Source: the human T2T-CHM13v2.0 reference genome, Homo sapiens
DNA: 64,000 bases
Reading direction: 5' to 3' (one strand)
Assembly (NCBI RefSeq): GCF_009914755.1
Contig: NC_060943.1
In this document: in pieces, positions 1 to 8,036 of the stretch
Position numbering within the stretch: the first letter of the stretch is position 1
How the letters are laid out: each line of letters begins with the position of its first letter
Made by a program: the position numbers and the translations under genes
Notes under the pieces: model-generated
Databases searched by the model: none
Told to the model about the DNA's origin: nothing
What the model saw: the letters and a program-made list of their open reading frames with translations, nothing else

Positions 1-409
1 TTGGGGTTGGGACTGAGGGGACAGGTGGGAGGGAAAGAAAGAAGATTTGGGAGCAGTTGCACTGGGCACAGAGACTAGGAAGGGACTGATGTGTGAAAGA
101 ATGCCTGGACATCAGGCCTCCTCAGACCATTTGCCCATTCTATGACAAGAATTATTTAGATCTTGTAGGGTGGAAAGATTGAAAGTGCCATTTTCGGGCT
201 ATTTGGAACTACTGTGGAGTTTGTATTGGGGTCAGGCAGCATTGCAGAAGAAAATAAGACGCTTAGATTTTAGGTCAGGTGAGAGTTGCAGAGGTTTATA
301 AGTTCTTAAGAATACAGGCTAAGGGAGAAAAAGGAGGAATGGAGGGTGGAAGGTTGCCCATAGTGAGGGAGGCAAGCCCAGAGCAAAGAGAGCATAGAGA
401 GAGGGAGGG

Positions 410-775
410 AAGGGGTTCAGGGGTTCTCACCCTCCAGAAAAGTGGGAAAGGGGTTGTAGCGTGGAAATAAGGGATTGGGGATTCTTGCCACCTAGAAAAG
501 TGGGACTTGCTGCTAAGGGTGAAGGAGAAGGGGTTGAGGGGTACTTGCCCCTACCCCAGAAAAGCAGAGAAGGGGTAGAGACACAGAAGGGGTTGGGGTA
601 CTTGCCCGTCCCCTAGAAAAGTGGGACTTGCCACTAAGGGTGAAGGAGAAGGGGTTGAGGGGTTCTTGCTCCTGCCCCAGAAGAGCAGAGAAGGGGTAGA
701 GACACGGAGAGAAGGGGTTGGGGTACTTGCCCCTCCCCCAGAAAAGCGGGACTTGCCGCTAAGGGTGAAGGACCA
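410..775 (-). repeat. Degenerate tandem repeats inside the HERV-H leader
   Basis: Blocks such as 'cttgcc..cctagaaaagtgggacttgc..ctaagggtgaaggagaaggggttgagggg' recur near 483, 601 and 726. They alternate with 'cccagaa.agcagagaaggggtagagacac' blocks near 545 and 665. Confidence 0.75.
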
Positions 776-1050
776 AGGCAGGCGTCCCTGCATGGTCTGA
801 CACCTTTGAAACATGGGTGAATAATCAGAGAGGTGGGCCTGCAATGATTAAACACCAAGGGAAGCCTGCCTTCCCAGTCCGTGACCGGCGCCGGAGTTTT
901 GGGTCCACGGATAAAACGTGTCTCCTTTGTATCTAATAGAAAATGAAAGGAATTGAAATTAAGAGATGGGAGAGATTGAAGTGTGGTGCCAAGATTGAAA
1001 GGAGAAAGAGGTTGGAGGGATAGTGAGAGAAGTTGGAGAGTAAAAAGAGG

Positions 1051-1062
1051 CCGCTTACCGGA
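1051..1062 (-). other. HERV-H leader splice donor (CCG|GTAAGC)
   Basis: Plus-strand ccgcttaccgga reads TCCG|GTAAGCGG on the minus strand, about 130 nt downstream of the PBS. This is where a retroviral major donor is expected. Confidence 0.65.
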
Positions 1063-1184
1063 AGTGAAATTGGTGAGATGTTTCTTGGGCTGGTGAGTCT
1101 GAGGACCTGAGCTCATAGGTGGATCTCTCTCACGGAGCAAAGAGCAGGAGGATGGGGGATTGATCTCCTAAGGGAGGTCCCCCG

Positions 1185-1202
1185 ATCCGAGTCACGGCAC
1201 CA
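1185..1202 (-). other. Primer-binding site complementary to the 3' end of tRNA-His
   Basis: Minus strand reads TGGTGCCGTGACTCGGAT, 2 nt (TT) after the LTR end. The His PBS defines HERV-H. Confidence 0.95.
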
Positions 1203-1204
1203 AA

Positions 1205-1634
1205 TTTCATGCCCGTCCATGTGAAGAGACCACCAAACAGGCTTTGTGTGAGCAACATGGCTGTTTATTTCAACTGGGTGCAGGTGGGCTGAGTCTGAAA
1301 AGAGAGTCAGCAAAGGGAGATGGATTACCATTAGTTCTTATAGGTTTTGGGATAGGTGGTGAAGTTGATAGCAATGTTTTGCGGACAGGGGTCGATCTCA
1401 CAAAGTACATTCTCAAGGGTGGGGAGAATTACAAAGAAACATCTTAAGGGTGGGGGAGATTACAAAGTACATTGATCAGATAGGGTGGGGAAGGAACAAA
1501 TCACAATGGTAGAATGTCATCAGTTAAGGCTATTTTGATGTCTTTTGTGGATCTTCAGTTACTTCAGACCATCTGGTGTATATGTTCAAGTCACAGGGGA
1601 TGCGATGGATTGGCTTGGGCTCAGAGGCCTGACA
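1205..1634 (-). mobile_element. HERV-H 5' LTR (LTR7 family, 430 bp), oriented to transcribe away from the array
   Basis: Minus strand starts TGTCAGGCCTCTGAGCCCAAGC and ends ...GGACGGGCATGAAA. It has a TATA-like CCTATAAG (~1337-1344), AATAAA (1264-1269) and U3 repeats 'ggtgggg..agattacaaag'. The subtype (LTR7 vs 7B/7C/7Y) is not established without an alignment. Confidence 0.92.
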
Positions 1635-4053
1635 CTGGCCTTCCAGGCAAAGTCACCCATTTGGCACTCCTCCCTGGATGGCCCTGGTTGTGGGATTGCC
1701 GCCAGTCATGCCTGGGCTCTGGCCTCTGCTCTGTCCTCCCTCTTGCTCTGCCTGCCCTGTTTCTGAGAAGCCTAGGGGCTTCTTGGTCTGCCTCAATGTC
1801 TTCAACCCAAAAGACTTCCCAGTCCATCCGGGAGAAAGTTCCTGGGGGTCGGTGTCATGATTGTTTCCCTCTCCAAACCTCTTTAAGCATGATTGGGCAG
1901 GTGTGGTGATCCTGGAGCTCTGGGCTTCTATAGCTGTCTGGGACAGGGAAGCTTTCTGGGTCTCTGTGGCCCAAGTGATGGCTGCGTGGTCCGTCCAGGA
2001 AGAGCGGGAGGCAACCCGACCATTCCTGACATTTGCCTTCTAGGAAAGGCAGTGTGGCATGCCACCTGCACTTCCTCTCTGATTCTTGAGGGCCATCGGG
2101 TTCCTCTGCTCCTGGGAAAAGAGGCTTCTAGCGCTGAATCTTCTGGCTGCCACGGATGTCAGGGAGCCAAAGGGACTGGGTTTTGCTGGGTGCAGGGGAG
2201 GTGGCATCACGGGTACGTACCCGGTGGCAGGGTGGGGGTGGGAGTGGGGTGAAATTTGTGGAAACCTCTCGGCCCCTCTGGCAGGCATCCCTGAATGTGG
2301 CTTGGATTCGGTCGCAGGCCCTGTCTCGCAAGTTTTCAGCTGCGCTTGGCTTTTCTTCAGCTTTGTGGCCGAGGTCTCCCGTGGCCCACGGGCGCACGGC
2401 TGGACATCATTGTCCGTCTCGCCACGCCCCCTACGGCCTCAAAGACACCCGCTCACTCCATCCGCTCTTGGGCGACGTCAGTGCCACGGGTGGTCACACT
2501 GGCTCCATCTCAGACTCGCCTCTGTCTGTCTTTGCATGTGTCGTGGAAAGCAGTGTCGGGATGCCCGAGCCCCCGGGCCTTGGAGATGAAGGCAGGCCAC
2601 TGCTCCACCCAGGAAGGAGGGAGGCAGTGGGCTCGTGGGTCAGTTCATTTTCCGCCGACAGCACGCCTTGCGGCCCTGGGGATCTTTCTGTGCCCCAGCG
2701 AGACCCTTCCCGCCTCACTGCATTGCAACCCCATTCCCGATCACCCGGTGGGATCCATAGTCGGATCTGAAGAGGAGTCCGCACAGCCAAGCCGGCACCC
2801 TGAAGCTCCTCCTCCACCGGGAACCGAAGCAGAAGACCGATCAAGGAGGTCCTGAGGACAGGACTCCTACTGGTCCGACCCTGGGTCTCCCGCAGGCCCC
2901 TCTGGCAGTCCTCTTCCCACCCGCCGCCGCAAGCGCGCCACCGCCGCCACCGCCGCCCCGGTCCCAGCAACCTGCCGTGTCGCCGCCATTTTTTAAAGGG
3001 TCCGCAGCCTGCCTCTCCCGAGCGAGGGGAGAGTCGGCCTCTCCAGTGCGCATGCGCGAGGCCCGAGCCGCCACTTGCGTCAGTGATCACCACCGTTGCA
3101 CCGGGGTGGATTCCTGAGACTGGGCCAAGTAGGAGACCTGTGTGACCGTGCGTCAGAGTCGTGCCTGAGACCAGTCCTGGCCAGGGCGTTAACAGGATGG
3201 TCTCCGGAGGCCGGGATTCGCGGAGGGTCGACCAGCAGGGAGAAGCCTCAGGAGGAAGAAACCTCAGACGGATCGCCGGGGAGGCAGCGCGGGATCCCAG
3301 CCTCAGGTGTGCGCGGACGGTGTGCCCGTGAGTCTCCCCAAAAGTGGTGCCCTTGTGATGTCGAGGACAGGTCTGCCCGTGTGCCCGTGGGCTGCTCTTT
3401 CACCTCTGGGTTGTAGTCGCGGAGAGCAGAACCCGGCAGCTTCAGGGGCTGCCTGGGGCTGGGTGTTACCTGCTGTATGTGTTTGTGCTTAGGGGTGTGT
3501 GTGTGTGTGTGTGTCTGTGTGTCTGTGTGCCCACTTATGTCTCTCTCTGATATCTCTCTCTCTCGCTTCTCACTCTTTCCGTCGCTCTCTGTTACTATCT
3601 CTGTCCGTCTGTGCGTGCGTGTTTGCTGGGACACAGGTGCCCTTTGCGCCGGAGGGTGGTTTCTTGCACATCAGCCTTTCTTGTGGTCAGCCTCTCCCCG
3701 GGTCTCTTCCTGCGTCGTGTGGCCCGTTGGCAGTCGTTTTCCCGGCGGTTCCAGTTTGGGTTTGTGAAGGCCTGGGCAACGTGGGCACCTGCGTCGGACC
3801 CGCAGGGGTTTTCATCCCCTCCCTATCCTGAGCAGCCTCTTTGCTGGGATCCAGACGAACACACCCCAACCAAGGACGAAGGACTCAGAGGGGCTCATTG
3901 TCCACCAGCAGGAGGGTGCCCACAGATCTTGAAGAAGACGCTTCTCACTCCTCTTGCCCTTTGCCCTCCTTGAGAAATCTAGCCACGGCTCGACACAGAG
4001 ACGGAGGAGGAAGCCGGCAACGGGATGGGGCAAACATCTCTGTGGGTCAGACG
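1635..4053. repeat. Diverged terminal unit 1 (2419 bp)
   Basis: Colinear with the consensus unit but with many substitutions (several at CpGs), small indels, and a shorter interrupted GT/CT tract at ~3476-3620. Confidence 0.9.
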
Positions 4054-6036
4054 CTGGCCTTCGTGGCCAAGTCACCGGTTTGGCACTCCTCCGCGGATGG
4101 CCGTGGTGGTGGCATTGCGGCCAATCCTGCCTGGGCTCTGGCCTCTGCTCTGTCCTCCCTCTTGCTCCGCCTGCCCTATTTCTGAGAAGCCTAGGGGCTT
4201 CTTAGTCTGGCTCAATGTCTTCAACCCAGAACTCTTCCCAGTACATCCGGGAGAAAGTTCCTGGGGGTCGGTGTCATGATTGTTTCCCTCTCCAAACCTC
4301 TTTCAGCATGATTGGGCAGGTGTGGTGATCCTGGAGCTATGGGCTTCCATAGCTGTCTGGGACGGGGAAGCTTTCTGAGTCTCCGTGACCCAAGTGATGG
4401 CTGCGTGGCCGGTCCAGGAAGAGCGGGAGGTAACCCGACCGTTCCTGACATTTGCCTTCTAGGAAAGGTGGTGTGGCATGCCACCTGCACTTCCTCTCTG
4501 ATTCTTGAGGGCCATCGGGTTCCTCTGCTCCTGGGGAAGGAGGCTTCTAGCGCTGAATCTTCTGGCTGCCATGGATGTCAGGGAGCCAAAGGGACTGGGT
4601 TTTGCTGGGTGCAGGGGAGGTGGCGTCATGGGTACCTACCCCGTGGCGGGGTGGGGGTGGGAGTGGGGTGAAATTTGTGGAAACCTCTCGGCCCCTCTGG
4701 CAGGCATCCCTGAATGTGGCTTGGATTCGGACGCGGGCCCTGTCTCGCAGGTTTTCAGCTGCCCTTGGCTTTTCTTCAGCTTTGTGGCTGAGGTCTCCCG
4801 TGGCCCACGGGCGCACGCCTGGACATCACTGTCCGTCTCGTCGTCGCCCCCTACGGCCTCAAAGACACACGCTGCCTGCATGTGCTCTTGGGGGACGACA
4901 GTGCCACATGTGGACACACTGGCTCCAGCTCGGACTCGCCTCTGTCTCTCTTTGCCCGTGTCGCCGGAAGCCGCGTCGGGATGCCGGAGCCCTCGGGCCT
5001 TGGAGATGAAGGCAGGCCCCTGCTCCTGCCAGGAAGGAGGGAGGCAGCGGGCTCATGGGTCGGTGCCTTTGCAGCCAACAGCACGCCTTGCGGCCCTGGG
5101 GATCTTCCTGTGCCCCGGCGAGACCCTTTCCGCCTCACTGCATTGGAACCCCATTCCCGATCACCCGCTGGGATCCATCATCGGACCCCAAGAGGAGTCC
5201 GCGCAGCCCAGCCGGCACCCCGAAGCTCCTCCTTCAGCGGGAACCGAAGCAGAAGAGCGATCAAGGAGGTCCTCACCACAGGACTCCTATGGGTCCGACC
5301 CTGGGTCTCCCGCAGGCCCCTCTGGCAGTCCTCTTCCCACCCGCCGCCTCGGGCTGCGCCTTCGCCGCCGCCGCCGCAACCTCCAGCACCGCCGCCCCAG
5401 GCCCCGCAGCCGCCGCGTCGCCGCCATTTTTTAAAGGGTCCGCAGCCTGACTCTGCGGAGTAAGGGCGGGTGGAGCGGGGGAGTCGGCCTCGCCAGCGCG
5501 CATGCGCAAGGCCCGAGCCGCCGCTTGGGTCACAGTGAAAGCCACCGTTGCCCGGGGATGGGTCCCTGACACTTGGGGAAGTAGGAGCCCTGTGTGATCG
5601 TGCGTCTGAGTCTGGGCTGAGACCAGTCCTGGCCAGGGCAGTTACCAGGACGGTCTCCGGAGGCCGGGATTCGCGGAGGGTCCAGCAGCAGGAAGAAACC
5701 CCAGGAGGAAGAAACCTCAGACAGATCGCCGGCGAGGCAGCGCGGGATCCCAGCCTCAGGCGTGCGCGGACGGTGTGCGGGTGAGTCTCCCCAAAAGTGG
5801 AGCCCTTGTGATGACGAGCACAGGTCCGCCTGCGTGCCCGTGGGCTGCTCTCTCACCGGTGGCTCTCAGTCGCGGAGAGCAGAACCCGGCAGCTTCAGGG
5901 GCTGCCTGCGGGTGGGTGTTCCCTGCTGTACGTGTGTGTTCGTCATGGGTGTGTGTGTGTGTGTGTTGGGGGGGGTGCGTCTGTGTGTGCGCGCGCGCAG
6001 TGCCTGTCTGTGTGTCGACTTCTGTCTCTCTCTCAC

Positions 6037-6071
<35 letters not shown>

Positions 6072-6577
6072 TCCCTCTCTCCCTTCTCGCTCTTTCCGTG
6101 GCCCTCTCTTTCTGTCTCTGTCCGTCTGTGTGTGCGTGCGCCTCGGGACACATGTGCCCTGTGCGCCGGAGGGTGGGTTTCTTGCACGTCGGCCTTTCTT
6201 CTGGTCAGCCTCTCCCCGCGTCTCTGCCTGGGTCGTGTGGCCGGTTGGCAGTCGTCGTCCCGGCGGTTCCAGTTTGGGGGTCTGTGAAGGCCTGGGCAAC
6301 GTGGGCATCGGCGTCGGACCCGCAGGGGTTTTCATCCCCTCCCCATCCGGAGCAGCCTCTTTGCTAGGCTGGATCCAGACGAGCGCTCCCCAACCAAGGA
6401 CAACGGCCTCCCAGGCGCTCATCGTCCACCCGCAGGAGGGTGCCCGCAGAGCTTCAAGAAGGTGGTTGTCACGCCTGTCGCCCTCTGCCCTCATCGAGAA
6501 ATGTAGCCACAGCTCGACGCAGGGACGGAGAAGGAAGCCGGCAAGGGGATGGGGCAAGCATGTCTGTCTCTCAAAGG
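4054..6577. repeat. Chimeric unit 2 (unit-1-like 5' part, consensus-like 3' part)
   Basis: Matches unit-1 alleles up to a4807 (tggcccAcgg) and mostly consensus alleles from c4818 onward (gcacgCctggacatcaCtgtccgtctcgtcgtcg). Confidence 0.8.
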
Positions 6578-7809
6578 CTGGCCTTCCTGGCCGAGTCACC
6601 CGTTTGACACTCCTCCCCGGATGCCGGTGGTGGTGGCATGGCCCCCCCGTATCCTGCCTGGGCTCTGGCCTCTGCTCTGACCTCCCTCTTGCTGTGTCTG
6701 CCCCGTCTCTGAGAAGCCTGGCGGCTTCTTAGTGTGGCTCAGTGTCTTCCACAAAGAAGACTTCCCCGTCCATCAGGGAGAAACCTCGTGGCGGTCCGCG
6801 TCATGCTTGTTTCCCTCTCCACACCTCTTTCTGGATGATTGGGCAGCTGTGGTGATCCTGGAGCTCTGGGCTTCCATACCTGTGTGGGACAGGGAAGCTC
6901 TCTCGGTCTCCATGGCCCAAGTGATGGCTGCACGCTCGGTCCAGGAAGAGGCGGAGGCAAGCCCACCGCTCCTGACATTGGCCTTCTAGGAAAGGCGGTG
7001 TTGCATCCCACCTGCACTTCCTCTCTGATTCTTGAGAGCCAACCGCTTCCTCCGCTCCTGGGGAAAGTGCCTTCTAGCACCGAATGTTTTGGCTGCCACG
7101 GATGTCAGGGAGCCAACGGGACTGGGTTTTGGCTGGGTGCAGGGGAGGTTGCGTCAGGGGTACCTAGCCGGCGGCGGGCTGGGGGTGGGGTGTACTTTGT
7201 CCAAACCTCTCGGCTCCTCTGGCGGGCCTCCCTGAACGTGGCGTGGACTCGCGCACAGGCCCTGTCTCGCAGGTTTTCAGGTGCGCTTGGCTTTTCCTCC
7301 GCTTTGTGGGGCAGGTCTCCAGTGGCCCCCCGGGCGCACGCCTGGACATCACTGTCCGTCTCGTCGTCGCCCCCTACGGCCTCAAAGACACACGCTGCCT
7401 GCATGTGCTCTTGGGGGACGACAGTGCCACATGTGGACACACTGGCTCCAGCTCGGACTCGCCTCTGTCTCTCTTTGCCCGTGTCGCCGGAAGCCGCCTC
7501 GGGTTGCCGGAGCCCTCGGGCCTTGGAGATGAAGGCAGGCCCCTGCTCCTGCCAGGAAGGAGGGAGGCAGTGGGCTCATGGGTCGGTGCCTTTGCAGCCG
7601 ACAGCACGCCTTGCGGCCCTGGGGATCTTCCTGTGCCCCGGCGAGACCCTTTCCGCCTCACTGCATTGGAACCCCATTCCCGATCACCCGCTGGGATCCA
7701 TCATCGGACCCCAAGAGGAGTCCGCGCAGCCCAGCCGGCACCCCGAAGCTCCTCCTTCAGCGGGAACCGAAGCAGAAGAGCGTTCAAGGAGGTCCTCACC
7801 ACAGGACTC

Positions 7810-7950
7810 CTATGGGTCCGACCCTGGGTCTCCCGCAGGCCCCTCTGGCAGTCCTCTTCCCACCCGCCGCCTCGGGCTGCGCCTTCGCCGCCGCCGCCGC
7901 AACCTCCAGCACCGCCGCCCCAGGCCCCGCAGCCGCCGCGTCGCCGCCAT
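7810..7950 (-). other. Candidate 46-aa small ORF MAATRRLRGLGRRCWRLRRRRRRRSPRRRVGRGLPEGPAGDPGSDP (unit 3 shown; one per unit); coding status unproven
   Basis: Hand-translated. The ATG is in AAAATGG context (A at -3, G at +4) and the stop is TAG at 7810-7812. Equivalent copies were checked at 5287-5427 and 10309-10449, and unit 1 has a 40-aa version at 2867-2989. Confidence 0.2.
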
Positions 7951-8036
7951 TTTTTAAAGGGTCCGCAGCCTGACTCTGCGGAGTAAGGGGGGGTGGAGCG
8001 GGGGAGTCGGCCTCGCCAGCGCGCATGCGCGAGGCC
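7942..8036. promoter_or_regulatory. Promoter-like motif cluster (unit 3 shown; one per unit): YY1 core, TTTAAA, G-rich boxes, NRF1 palindrome
   Basis: CGCCGCCATTTT at 7942-7953 matches the YY1 consensus. GGGGGGGTGGAGCGGGGG lies at ~7987-8004. CGCGCATGCGCG at 8020-8031 contains the NRF1 consensus GCGCATGCGC. The cluster sits in the most CpG-dense part of the unit. These are motif matches only, with no activity data. Confidence 0.55.

Larger units (their letters stand above)
1..1184 (-). mobile_element. HERV-H internal sequence (5' leader / pre-gag region), running off the left edge of the window
   Basis: Lies directly downstream (minus strand) of a tRNA-His PBS and an LTR7-type LTR. Contains the purine-rich 'cttgcccc...agaaaagtgggacttgcc...taagggtgaagg' repeats I recognise from HERV-H leaders. 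No intact gag ORF is seen. Confidence 0.9.

Noticed and set aside
634-1140. 168-aa minus-strand ORF in the HERV-H leader
   Set aside because: No gag, pro or pol motifs and a non-ATG start. It is consistent with an incidental frame in the LTR-proximal leader.
1185-1202. tRNA-His-like sequence as a tRNA gene
   Set aside because: Only the 3'-terminal 18 nt including CCA are present, next to an LTR. This is a primer-binding site.
1678-1860. Short resemblance of SEKPRGFL / SEKPGGFL to a motif I recall from the FAM90A C-terminus
   Set aside because: Only a few residues recalled from memory, flanks do not align by eye, and consensus units have an in-frame stop just upstream. It would need a tblastn or HMM search to be taken seriously.
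6839-7957. 372/381-aa plus-strand ORF in every unit, plus the overlapping 242/247-aa ORFs
   Set aside because: Non-ATG (TTG/GTG) starts, no recognisable domain, ORFs open in most frames because of high GC, and a C-terminus frameshifted in about half the units by a 2-bp indel.
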